This document shows, in pieces, positions 1 to 9,039 of a DNA stretch of 64,000 nucleotides. The translations under genes were made by a program, and so were the position numbers. This DNA comes from an uncultured Alphaproteobacteria bacterium (lineage in GTDB: Bacteria > Pseudomonadota > Alphaproteobacteria > HIMB59 > GCA-002718135), in assembly GCA_902570155.1 (NCBI GenBank), contig CACFXU010000001.1:169360-233359 (forward strand). The letters are read 5' to 3'. Below the pieces are notes generated by a model. It was not told where the DNA came from and searched no databases. It saw only the letters and a program-made list of their open reading frames with translations. Within the stretch, counting starts at the first letter, position 1. The number at the start of each line of letters is the position of its first letter.

Positions 1-524
1 AATGCATGCGCAATTTCATGACCCATCACTGCAGCAATCCCGTCATCATTTTTACAAACAGGAAGTATACCAGTGTAGAAAGCAATTTTTCCACCAGGCA
101 TACACCATGCATTTTTTGTTTCAGACTCAATTAAAGCAAATTGCCAATTAAAATTTTCTACAGGATTTTTTTCACGCTTATTAAGATAAAATGTATCTAG
201 AGAGGTATAAATTTCTTTTCCAATTTCTTCAATTTTTTTAGATTCATCTGTGTTATCTAATAAAATTTTATCTTCTTTAGCTTTTGATAAAAATTTTGAA
301 TATGTTTTCTCAACTTCTTGATTTAAAGATCTTTCATTGGGATAAATTTTTGGAGTACCAAGAACACCACCTCCCATTAAAATTATAGGTAGATTGCTAT
401 CATATAAATTTAACTGACTTCGATTTGTTAATGGTACTTGTGTACAAGAAGGTAAAATCATCGAACCACATAAAGAGCAACTTGCGCCAAAAACAAAGCT
501 TCTTCTGTTTATTCTTGCTTCCAT
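1..524 (-). CDS. M48-family zinc metallopeptidase (lipoprotein-like N-terminus); C-terminal part lies beyond the window start
   Basis: Absent from the ORF track because the window edge truncates it. My reverse-strand translation from ATG (524..522) reads MEARINRRSFVFGASCSLCGSMILPSC...NAWCMPGGKIAFYTGILPVCKNDDGIAAVMGHEIAHA. The HExxH motif (HEIAH) sits at the edge and the PGGKI..YTGIL block is typical of LoiP/BepA-like M48 peptidases. The frame stays open to base 3. Confidence 0.7.
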   Translation of the reverse strand, partial: MEARINRRSFVFGASCSLCGSMILPSCTQVPLTNRSQLNLYDSNLPIILMGGGVLGTPKIYPNERSLNQEVEKTYSKFLSKAKEDKILLDNTDESKKIEEIGKEIYTSLDTFYLNKREKNPVENFNWQFALIESETKNAWCMPGGKIAFYTGILPVCKNDDGIAAVMGHEIAHA

Positions 525-553
525 ATTATTATTATATAGGTAATTTTATTTAT

Positions 554-1534
554 ATGAATATTTTTAATTCAGTTAAAAAAGCAGAAATTCATGTCCATTT
601 AGAAGCAACCATTACGCCAGATTTATGTAAGAAATTTGCCAAACGTAATAATTATGAAATACCTGAAGAAATGTTTGGCTCAAAGTATGCATACCAATGG
701 GATGATTTTTATGATTTTATAAAAAAATATGACATCGTTACTTCTGTCATACATACGCCAGAAGATTATTTTGAATTAACGTATGAATATCTAAAAGATT
801 GTGCCGCCAATAATGTTCTTTATGTTGAGGCGATGATTTCCTCTACTCATGCTAAAGAAAAAGGTATGACCTATCATTCATTTATTGAAGGAGTTTATGA
901 AGCTTCTAAAAAAGCTGAAGAGGATTTTGGTATTGTTTCACGTTACATAATGAATGGGATCAGACATTTAGGACCAGAGTCAGTACAAGGGACTGCAGAG
1001 GAAGTTTTAAATAATCCTCATCCTTGTTTAGTTGGTTTTGGTTTGGCGGGGGATGAATTGCATTTTCCTCCAAGCTTATTTGTTGAAACATTTGATATGT
1101 TAAAAAAAGAAAATTTTCCAATTACTGTTCATGCAGGTGAATGGGATGGTCCTGTAAATATAAGAAATGCTATTAACCTTCTGCATCCAACAAGATTAGG
1201 CCATGGTGTTCGATCAATAGAGGATCCTGATTTAGTTAAAGAAATAATTGATAAAGATATTATTCTAGAAACTTGTCCAACAAGTAATATTGCAACTAAA
1301 ATTTACAAAGATTTTGTAGATCATCCTGTGAAAACATTATTTGATCAAGGGGTAAAAGTAACAGTGAATTCTGATGACCCTCCTTTTTTTAATGCAACGA
1401 TAAACGGTGAATACAAAGTCATGGAAGATTTAGGCTTAAATGAAAAGGAACTAACCTCCCTTACTCATAACGCAGTTAAATATTCTTTTTGTGATGAAGA
1501 AAATAAAACTAAATTATTAGCTAAATTAAACTAG
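554..1534 (+). CDS. add: adenosine/adenine deaminase family amidohydrolase
   Basis: Metal-binding HVHLEAT near the N-terminus, HAGE, and the C-terminal VNSDDPPFF motif. I moved the start from the track's TTG at 425 to ATG at 554 (MNIFNSVKKAEIHVHLE), because the upstream extension overlaps the M48 gene on the other strand. Confidence 0.85.
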   Translation: MNIFNSVKKAEIHVHLEATITPDLCKKFAKRNNYEIPEEMFGSKYAYQWDDFYDFIKKYDIVTSVIHTPEDYFELTYEYLKDCAANNVLYVEAMISSTHAKEKGMTYHSFIEGVYEASKKAEEDFGIVSRYIMNGIRHLGPESVQGTAEEVLNNPHPCLVGFGLAGDELHFPPSLFVETFDMLKKENFPITVHAGEWDGPVNIRNAINLLHPTRLGHGVRSIEDPDLVKEIIDKDIILETCPTSNIATKIYKDFVDHPVKTLFDQGVKVTVNSDDPPFFNATINGEYKVMEDLGLNEKELTSLTHNAVKYSFCDEENKTKLLAKLN

Positions 1535-2495
1535 ACAATTTTACTAAAGGTCTTGCACCATAATGCGAAATAATTTCCGCAGCAGCAATTGATGCATAAT
1601 TACCGCATTCATCCATTGCTTTCCCTTTAGAATAACCAAATAAAAAACCAGCTGCAAATAAATCCCCAGCTCCAGTTGTATCTACAACTTTTTCTACTTT
1701 TTTTGCAGCAACTTCAGTGATGTCATTACCAGAAACAATAACTGATCCACTACTTCCTTTGGTAATAGCAGCAATTATATTTAATGATTTTGCATATTCT
1801 AGACCTTCTTCAAAACTTTCTGTTTGTGCCATTGCTTTGATTTCATCTTCATTAGCAAAAAGAATATCAACATTCTCAGTTATTAATTCTTTAAAAGAGT
1901 CTCTGTGTCTATCAACACAAAAAAGATCAGATAAAGTAAATGCAATTTTTTGATTATCGGATTTGCAAATATCTACCATTTTTTTCATAGCCTTTTTTGC
2001 ATTTTCATTGTCCCACAAGTAACCTTCCAAATATGCAATCTTATGATTTATAATATCATCCTCTTTTATATCTTCAGGTCCTATTAATGTCCCAGCACCA
2101 AGAAAAGTACACATTGTTCTTGTTCCATCTTCTTCAACAAAAATTGTACAACATCCAGTTGAAATATCAGGAGATGTAAATCCCAATGGAAATTTTAGTC
2201 CTTCCCGGATCATATCTTTTTGAAGGTATACTCCAATTTCATCATTTTTAATTTTTCCAATAAAACTTCCATTACCGCCAAAAGAGGTGATACCAAACAT
2301 GGAGTTACCAAGGGAACCTCCGCCTGCCATTTCTCTGATGGAATAACTTTCATGCAAATTATTTTTTAAGTTTTCATCAATAAGATTCATAGAATCTCTA
2401 TTAATTTCATGCTTTTCAATTTCACTTTGATTGGAAGGAATTATGGCATCTACCATAGCATTTCCAATTCCAACTACATCTAATTTATCACTCAT
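1521..2495 (-). CDS. PfkB-family carbohydrate/adenosine kinase
   Basis: N-terminal VVGIGNAMVD and C-terminal DTTGAGDLFAAGFLFG, the PfkB ATP/anion-hole signature. It is convergent with the deaminase, suggesting purine salvage. Confidence 0.8.
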   Translation of the reverse strand: MSDKLDVVGIGNAMVDAIIPSNQSEIEKHEINRDSMNLIDENLKNNLHESYSIREMAGGGSLGNSMFGITSFGGNGSFIGKIKNDEIGVYLQKDMIREGLKFPLGFTSPDISTGCCTIFVEEDGTRTMCTFLGAGTLIGPEDIKEDDIINHKIAYLEGYLWDNENAKKAMKKMVDICKSDNQKIAFTLSDLFCVDRHRDSFKELITENVDILFANEDEIKAMAQTESFEEGLEYAKSLNIIAAITKGSSGSVIVSGNDITEVAAKKVEKVVDTTGAGDLFAAGFLFGYSKGKAMDECGNYASIAAAEIISHYGARPLVKLSSLI

Positions 2496-3376
2496 TTTTG
2501 TTTAATTATTATAGGTACTAATTGTACTATAATGACTCCAACAAATATTGCAAGGCATCCAAGTATTTTTTGTGTGTCTAAAATTTGATTTAAAAGTATC
2601 CAACCTGCTATTGCAGCAAAGACTGACTCCATTGATAAAATAATAGCAGCAGGAGCAGGATTAGCTTTATGTTGAGCAATAATTTGAAGTGTATATCCAA
2701 TGCCAGCAGAAAAAATACCTGCATATAAAATTTCAAACCATTCAATTTGCATATTTGACAGCTTTGGTTCTTCCCACATAAAAGCTAAGATCATAGATAA
2801 AATAAAAACAATGAAGTACTGAATACTTCCAAATAAAAAAGGACTGTTAAGTTCTTTCATAAAAATATCGATACAAATAATATGTAAGGCAAAAAATAAA
2901 GCAGCAATAAACAAGAGTGAATCTGATTGTTGAATTTCAACTGATTGATTAGAGGACAAAAGATATGATCCATACAAACAAAGTAAAATGGCAATCCAGA
3001 TAATCCAGTGTACCTGTTTTTTAATTATGAATCTTGAAATTATACCAACAAAGGGAACGTAAAGAGTGCTAAGAAAAGCAGCATTTGATATTAATGATTT
3101 TTGTAAAGCGTATTGTTGAAGACCCATACCACCAAAAAGAAAAAAACCTGTAGCTAAACAAAGATAAACTTTTTTTCTATCACTTAATATTTTAACAATA
3201 TTTTGTTGTTCTAGATAAATCGCAAATGGAATTACTGTTAAAAAAGCAAAAAAGAATCTTCCAAAGCTAAAAGTAAAAGGACCTATGGCTCCCATTCCAG
3301 TAGTTTGACTGACAAAAGCTGTTCCCCATATAAGTGAGGCAATTAACATGAGTATGTTAGCTCTTGTATGACTCAT
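2492..3376 (-). CDS. DMT superfamily (EamA-like) transporter
   Basis: 294 aa and about 10 hydrophobic segments, with the duplicated EamA-type organisation. Confidence 0.75.
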   Translation of the reverse strand: MSHTRANILMLIASLIWGTAFVSQTTGMGAIGPFTFSFGRFFFAFLTVIPFAIYLEQQNIVKILSDRKKVYLCLATGFFLFGGMGLQQYALQKSLISNAAFLSTLYVPFVGIISRFIIKKQVHWIIWIAILLCLYGSYLLSSNQSVEIQQSDSLLFIAALFFALHIICIDIFMKELNSPFLFGSIQYFIVFILSMILAFMWEEPKLSNMQIEWFEILYAGIFSAGIGYTLQIIAQHKANPAPAAIILSMESVFAAIAGWILLNQILDTQKILGCLAIFVGVIIVQLVPIIIKQK

Positions 3377-3397
3377 AAAAATATTTGATTACTTATT

Positions 3398-5188
3398 TTA
3401 TTGTTTATCTTTATTAATCCACCAAGACTCAATTACAATTCCGTAAAGTGGAATTTCATCTGGGTATTCAAAAAAATCCCAATAAGCAATTCTGTCTTTG
3501 TTGCTATGATAAAGAGGAACAACATAGTGACCCCATAACAATACTCTATCAAGTGCGTGGATCGCCGTTGTCAATTCTTCTCTATTTGTTGCACTAATTA
3601 GTTTTTCAATTAATGCATCAACTGCTGGACTATTGATACCAGGATAATTTCTGCTTCCATCTTTTTGACCAACTTCTGATCCCCAATAAAATTGTTGCTC
3701 ATTTCCTGGACTTAAACTGACTCCCCAATATCTTTTAATCATATCAAAATCATAACTTAACAAACGCTCTTGATACTGTGATGAATCAACAGTTCTTACA
3801 TCCATTGTAATGCCAAGTTTTTTTAAATTACTTTGATAGGCTAAGGCAATTTTCTCATCAGATGGACTGACAATCAAGAACTCAAACTTGAATTCTTTTC
3901 CATCTTTTACCAGTTTTCCATTTTCAACAAACCATCCCTCTTTTTCAAGTATTTCTTTTGCTTTCAATAAATTTTTACGGTCATTACCACTTCCATCCGT
4001 AATAGGTGGCGTAAATGATTCGGTAAATACCTCTGCTGGAATTTCATCTTTCCATACATTCAGTAATTCTAACTCATTTTTTGACGGTAAGCCTGAAGAG
4101 GCTAATGGTGAATTATCAAAATAACTATCTGTTCTCACATAAGCATTTTGATATATTGTTTTATTAATCCATTCATGATCATAGGCATAACTTAAAGCAA
4201 GTCTTACATTTCTATTATTAAATATGTCACGTCTTGTATTCATCACAAGACCATTCATTCCAACAGGTCTATCGTTATTCATTTCTGTCAGTATTACCTC
4301 TCCATTCTGAACAGCTTTGAAATCATATTCTGATAACCAACGTTTAACATTGTACTCTCTTCTAAAGTCGTATTCACCAACCTTAAATGCTTCAACTAAG
4401 ACATTTGAGTCTTTGTAATAATCATAAATAATTGTATCAAAATTATAGAGACCTTTATTTACTGGTAAATCTTTTGCCCAATAATTTTCAACGCGTTTGT
4501 ATTTTATTTGACGGCCTGGATCGAGACTATCAACTTGGTATGGACCACTGCCTAGAGGGATATCTAAAAATGTTTTTGTAACATCAAGATTTTCATAAAA
4601 CTTTTTTGGAATGATAGGAAGAAAGCCCGCAATAATAAGAGGCAATTCTTTATCTTCATTATTTTCAAAAATCATTTTTATTCCATCATTTCCAATCAAT
4701 TGAGTTTCAACAACTTTGCCATATGTTTTTTTCTGATTTGGAGTACCTTTTGTTTGAAATGTTTCTAGACTAAACAATACATCATCGCGTGTTATTGGTG
4801 AGCCATCATGAAAGGTTGCATTTGCATTTAAATAAAAAGTTATAGATGATCTATCTTCAGGCAGTTCTACTTTTTCAGCTATTAAACCATAGAGAGAGAA
4901 TGCTTCATCCCATACTCTTCTCATTAACGTATCATTAACATACCCAAGTCCAGCAGCTTTAGAACCTTTAAATGCTACTCTATTAAGATTATCAAAAGAA
5001 CCATATGATCCAAATTTTACCGTTCCACCTTTAGGTGCATTTGGGTTTACATAATCTAGATTTTCAAAATCACTGGCATACTTTGGTGTTCCATGCATTG
5101 CAATTCCGTGAATTTTTTCACTGTAAGCATGTTTGTTAAGTGCAATTATTGAAGTTAAAATGGCAAATGCGATTAGAAATTTTTTCAT
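3398..5188 (-). CDS. ABC transporter substrate-binding protein, family 5 (peptide/opine, YejA-like)
   Basis: 596 aa with a signal peptide (MKKFLIAFAILTSIIALNKHAYS). Length and blocks (TFHDGSPITRDDV, GSGPY) are typical of SBP_bac_5. No cognate permease lies nearby. Confidence 0.8.
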   Translation of the reverse strand: MKKFLIAFAILTSIIALNKHAYSEKIHGIAMHGTPKYASDFENLDYVNPNAPKGGTVKFGSYGSFDNLNRVAFKGSKAAGLGYVNDTLMRRVWDEAFSLYGLIAEKVELPEDRSSITFYLNANATFHDGSPITRDDVLFSLETFQTKGTPNQKKTYGKVVETQLIGNDGIKMIFENNEDKELPLIIAGFLPIIPKKFYENLDVTKTFLDIPLGSGPYQVDSLDPGRQIKYKRVENYWAKDLPVNKGLYNFDTIIYDYYKDSNVLVEAFKVGEYDFRREYNVKRWLSEYDFKAVQNGEVILTEMNNDRPVGMNGLVMNTRRDIFNNRNVRLALSYAYDHEWINKTIYQNAYVRTDSYFDNSPLASSGLPSKNELELLNVWKDEIPAEVFTESFTPPITDGSGNDRKNLLKAKEILEKEGWFVENGKLVKDGKEFKFEFLIVSPSDEKIALAYQSNLKKLGITMDVRTVDSSQYQERLLSYDFDMIKRYWGVSLSPGNEQQFYWGSEVGQKDGSRNYPGINSPAVDALIEKLISATNREELTTAIHALDRVLLWGHYVVPLYHSNKDRIAYWDFFEYPDEIPLYGIVIESWWINKDKQ

Positions 5189-5257
5189 AGATATATCCTA
5201 TCAAAAAAAAAGACAGATTTGTAATGAAATATAAATTTAAAAAATTATATAAATAGA

Positions 5258-5665
5258 ATGCAAACCCTTAAATTAATTTCGGTACTTATAATATTATGTA
5301 TTGGACATAGTATTCATGCAGCAGAAGTTGATATTTTTAAAGGTATGAAACTATATGCTGAAAATTGTGCAGGGTGTCATATGGGTAATTTAGCAGGTCA
5401 TGAAGAGTGGGATAAATCGTTAGATGAAGATGGCCATAGAAGAGCACCTCCTCTTAATGGCACTGGGCATACTTGGCACCACTCTCCTGCACAATTATTT
5501 CATGTCATTAAATATGGTTTTAAAAAATCAAATCCTGATTATGAAGGTAAAATGCTTGGTAATGATGCGTTATCAGATGACGATGTTTGGTCTATTCTTG
5601 AATTTATCAAAAGTACATGGCCAGAAAAAATACTAAATAAATATAACTCCCATTTTAAAAGCTAA
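5258..5665 (+). CDS. monohaem c-type cytochrome
   Basis: Signal peptide plus a single CxxCH haem-binding motif (CAGCH). Confidence 0.8.
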   Translation: MQTLKLISVLIILCIGHSIHAAEVDIFKGMKLYAENCAGCHMGNLAGHEEWDKSLDEDGHRRAPPLNGTGHTWHHSPAQLFHVIKYGFKKSNPDYEGKMLGNDALSDDDVWSILEFIKSTWPEKILNKYNSHFKS

Positions 5666-5669
5666 GATT

Positions 5670-5688
5670 ATTGAAGCAAATCTTCAAT
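5670..5688 (+). terminator. weak hairpin after the cytochrome c gene (possible attenuator)
   Basis: attgaag-caaat-cttcaat forms a 7-bp stem, followed by tttaatattt. The stem is AT-rich and therefore weak. Confidence 0.2.
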
Positions 5689-5716
5689 TTTAATATTTAA
5701 GATATATATTATTATT

Positions 5717-6634
5717 ATGAAAATTTTAGGATCTGAAATCACACCCTATAAGACATATTTAAATAGACGTAAGTTTATAAAGGGATCTTTAGCTAGCACC
5801 ATGCTAGCAACGGTTACCTCATCAGCATTTGCAAACCACGATAGTGATCTTTCTATTTATACTAAAAATCTAAATGAAAACGACAAACTTAATTCTTACG
5901 AAGAAATCACAACGTACAATAATTTTTATGAGTTTGGGACTCATAAAAAACATCCCCATTTAAATTCTGGAAATTTTAAACCTAGGCCATGGACAATAAA
6001 AATAGATGGTCTTGTGAAAAAGCCTCAAACATTTGACTTAGAAAAAATTTTATCAAATGTAACAATAGAAGATAGGGTTTATAGATTAAGATGTGTTGAA
6101 GCATGGTCCATGGTTATTCCTTGGCAAGGTTTTCAGTTATCTGAACTTATAAAAATGGCCGAACCTCTAAGTTCAGCAAAGTATGTTCAATTTGTAACTG
6201 TGTTCAGGCCGGAAGAAATGCCAGGTCAGCAAAAGAGAACAATTATTTGGCCATATAGAGAAGGACTTCGAATGGATGAAGCAATGAATCCTCTAACAAT
6301 ATTAGCAACTGGATTGTATGGTCATGAAATGCCTAATCAAAATGGTGCACCCATCAGATTAGTAGTTCCATGGAAGTATGGTTTCAAATCAATTAAATCA
6401 ATTGTGGAAATTAGATTTTTAGATACTCAACCTGAAACATCTTGGGAAACTTTAGCTCCTTGGGAATATGGTTTTTATGCTAATGTTAATCCTAATGTTA
6501 ATCATCCAAGATGGAGTCAAGGAACAGAGAGACGAATTGGAGAGTTTAAAAGAAGAGAAACACTTATGTTTAATGGCTATGAAGAAGAAGTAGCACATCT
6601 CTATAAAGATTTAGATTTGACTAAATTTTATTAA
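5717..6634 (+). CDS. msrP: protein-methionine-sulfoxide reductase catalytic subunit MsrP (YedY, molybdopterin)
   Basis: Tat-type signal (NRRKFIKGSLAS). Blocks YNNFYEFGT, RPW, YRLRCVEAWSMVIPWQGF and APIRLVVPWKYGFKSIK match the YedY family. Confidence 0.9.
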   Translation: MKILGSEITPYKTYLNRRKFIKGSLASTMLATVTSSAFANHDSDLSIYTKNLNENDKLNSYEEITTYNNFYEFGTHKKHPHLNSGNFKPRPWTIKIDGLVKKPQTFDLEKILSNVTIEDRVYRLRCVEAWSMVIPWQGFQLSELIKMAEPLSSAKYVQFVTVFRPEEMPGQQKRTIIWPYREGLRMDEAMNPLTILATGLYGHEMPNQNGAPIRLVVPWKYGFKSIKSIVEIRFLDTQPETSWETLAPWEYGFYANVNPNVNHPRWSQGTERRIGEFKRRETLMFNGYEEEVAHLYKDLDLTKFY

Positions 6635-6637
6635 TGA

Positions 6638-7243
6638 ATGTTTTCAACAAGAAATTTTAATCGCAGTAAACCTGTCTTATTTATTTTAATTTTATTTCCT
6701 AGTCTACTCTGGGCTTACCAATTTGTTACTGGAAATCTTGGAGTAAATCCAATTGAAAAACTAATGGATGAGTTAGGTCTAATGGCACTTAGATTAATAA
6801 TAATAACTCTTATGATTACTACTCTATCAAATATTAAACCTTTAAAATCGATAGTTGTATTACGAAGAATGATTGGACTTTTTGCGTTCTATTATGTCTG
6901 TTTGCATTTCTCCACTTACATAGTTTTAGATCATTTTTTAGATATGCAATTTATCATACAAGATATTATAAAAAGACCATTTATAACTTTTGGTTTTATA
7001 AGTTTTCTTTTTTTAATCCCACTTGCTAGCACTTCAACAAACAATATGATTAAACGATTAGGTTTTAAATTATGGAAGAAAATTCATTATTTAATTTACC
7101 CAGTAGCCATTCTGGCTTGTATGCATTTTTATGTTTTAGTTCGCGCTGATAAAACCGAACCAGTCATTTATATGGGAATAATTATTCTCTTATTACTTCA
7201 TAGAATATTTAAAAGACTTACTCGTCCTCAGTTGGCTCAGTAA
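6638..7243 (+). CDS. msrQ: MsrQ (YedZ) haem-b membrane subunit
   Basis: 201 aa with about 6 TM segments, starting 3 nt after msrP. GVNPIEKL..G..AL and the conserved His positions are typical of YedZ. Confidence 0.85.
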   Translation: MFSTRNFNRSKPVLFILILFPSLLWAYQFVTGNLGVNPIEKLMDELGLMALRLIIITLMITTLSNIKPLKSIVVLRRMIGLFAFYYVCLHFSTYIVLDHFLDMQFIIQDIIKRPFITFGFISFLFLIPLASTSTNNMIKRLGFKLWKKIHYLIYPVAILACMHFYVLVRADKTEPVIYMGIIILLLLHRIFKRLTRPQLAQ

Positions 7244-8456
7244 CGGGGTTCATTTCCATACCGGCAGGACTAATATTTCGTGGTAAAGGGTTGTATTGTG
7301 ATTCAAGATCACGTGGTTTAGTTCTTTGTGTCATTCTATACAAACCAAACAGTCCTAGCAGTCCATGTATTAAAAATAAATAGATGTAAAAACCTACCGC
7401 TCCCATAATTTCCATGAATCCAGAAACAAACAAAGGTCCGATAATTGATCCAATACCAATAAGTATACCAAAGGTTGCACTTGCCGATACAATCTCATTA
7501 GGTTGTAAGAAGTCATTTGTATGAGCAACCGTAAGTGAATACATTGGTAAACATGCAACTGAAAAAAGACCAGTAAAAATTAAGAATAATGTTAGCGGCA
7601 TAAAGTTTGCAAAAACAAAAAATAAACTCAAACCTGATGCCATAAAAGAAACACCAATAAGAATAACACGTCTATCAATTCTATCTGACAAATATCCAAT
7701 AGGCCATTGAGATAGGGCGCCAGCTGATGTTATAATCATCATATACAGAGAAATTTCAAATAAGCTTAAATTAATAGATGATGCATAAATTGCACCGTAG
7801 CCAAAAACTGCACTATGCGATAAACCAGTTGCTAACGCGCCAACAAAACCTAACGGTGAAACAGTATAAAATTCTCTTAAAGAAAAAAATTTAGGACTTT
7901 CTGTACTAGGTTGTTCTGTTGAAGAGAGAAGAATAGGAAGAAGTGCGAATGATAATAAGATTGATACTAAAATAAATAAATCAACTTTAGCTGGATCGCC
8001 TAAATTTAATAAAAATTGTCCTGCCCCAACAAATACAAAAGTAATAATCATGTAAACTGAAAGTAATTGACCGCGAGTTTGATTAGTTGATTTTTCATTT
8101 AACCAACTCTCCATGATTACATAAATCCCAGCAAGACTTAAACCAGTTAATATTCGTATAAACATCCATGAATAGGGATGAACAAACACTGAGTGCAATA
8201 ATATAGCGATAGAAGCAAGCGACGCTAGAGCTGCAAAAACTCTTATGTGACCAACACGTTGTAAAAAAATTGGAATTGTTAATGCGCCCGTTAAGTATCC
8301 AACGTAATATCCAGCTATAATAAGTCCTGATGCAAAAAAACTAAAACCCTCTAAAACAGAACGAACACCGATTAGTGTTCCTTGCAAACCATGACCAAGA
8401 CTAATTAATGCAAAGCCAAAAAAAAGAGCCCAAGTATTTTGTAGTACCTTAAACAT
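7218..8456 (-). CDS. MFS transporter (YcaD-like)
   Basis: 412 aa, 12 predicted TM segments, and MFS-type loop motifs (ESWLNEKSTNQTRGQLLS). Confidence 0.8.
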   Translation of the reverse strand: MFKVLQNTWALFFGFALISLGHGLQGTLIGVRSVLEGFSFFASGLIIAGYYVGYLTGALTIPIFLQRVGHIRVFAALASLASIAILLHSVFVHPYSWMFIRILTGLSLAGIYVIMESWLNEKSTNQTRGQLLSVYMIITFVFVGAGQFLLNLGDPAKVDLFILVSILLSFALLPILLSSTEQPSTESPKFFSLREFYTVSPLGFVGALATGLSHSAVFGYGAIYASSINLSLFEISLYMMIITSAGALSQWPIGYLSDRIDRRVILIGVSFMASGLSLFFVFANFMPLTLFLIFTGLFSVACLPMYSLTVAHTNDFLQPNEIVSASATFGILIGIGSIIGPLFVSGFMEIMGAVGFYIYLFLIHGLLGLFGLYRMTQRTKPRDLESQYNPLPRNISPAGMEMNPVTEPTEDE

Positions 8457-8478
8457 CTTCTAAATTTATATTAAAATT

Positions 8479-8832
8479 TTAGTATTCTTCTTCGCCGTCT
8501 TCTTTAGGCTTAATACCTTCGGCTATTGGATCAATTTCTGTTTCATCTTCTAATAAAACAGTATCATCCTCAAGATTGTCTTCATTATTATCTAAATCCA
8601 AATTATCGATATCAAGATCATCATCTTTTTCTTTTGGTTTTGGAGGAATTGGGTTTGCGAGTGGTGCAGCGTTTGTACTTCCTGGCTTTCTCCCTCTGCG
8701 CGGTCTAGATAGTGTTGTTACTTCAATTTCTTTACCACACTCAGGACAATCCATTTTATCTAAATTAAGATCATAATATTGTATCTTATTACACGGACAC
8801 GTTCTTTTATTACCCCAGGATTCTTTATACAT
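8479..8832 (-). CDS. FYDLN_acid-type zinc-ribbon protein with acidic tail (TIGR02300-like)
   Basis: N-terminal C-x-C...YYDLN...CPECG zinc ribbon, a basic linker (RPRRGRKPG), and an extremely acidic D/E-rich C-terminus. Confidence 0.7.
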   Translation of the reverse strand: MYKESWGNKRTCPCNKIQYYDLNLDKMDCPECGKEIEVTTLSRPRRGRKPGSTNAAPLANPIPPKPKEKDDDLDIDNLDLDNNEDNLEDDTVLLEDETEIDPIAEGIKPKEDGEEEY

Positions 8833-8833
8833 T

Positions 8834-9004
8834 TTATTCTTCTTTTCTTATAAATATTTTACCACAATAACCACAGACAATTTTGTTCTCATTATTAAAG
8901 GTATAATAAACTGCGGGATGTCCTAAACCATCTTCACCACCATCGCAAGAGATAGTTTCAGTTTTAGGATCAACTTCAACAATATCATCTGCCATAAAAC
9001 TCAT
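8834..9004 (-). CDS. small zinc-finger protein (zf-CHCC type), 56 aa; missing from the ORF track
   Basis: My translation is MSFMADDIVEVDPKTETISCDGGEDGLGHPAVYYTFNNENKIVCGYCGKIFIRKEE. The C...GHP...CxYC pattern matches the zf-CHCC domain common in alphaproteobacteria. It fills an otherwise empty 200-nt gap. Confidence 0.65.
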   Translation of the reverse strand: MSFMADDIVEVDPKTETISCDGGEDGLGHPAVYYTFNNENKIVCGYCGKIFIRKEE

Positions 9005-9039
9005 ATAAAATTTTAACCCAAAATGTCTATGTTTTTTAA

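Noticed and set aside
425-553. N-terminal 43-codon extension of the deaminase ORF from a TTG at 425 (MLMVLVYKKVKSSNHIKS...)
   Set aside because: It overlaps the well-supported M48 peptidase gene on the opposite strand, has an odd composition (YYYY, FFCLFLL), and the conserved deaminase N-terminus begins at the ATG at 554.
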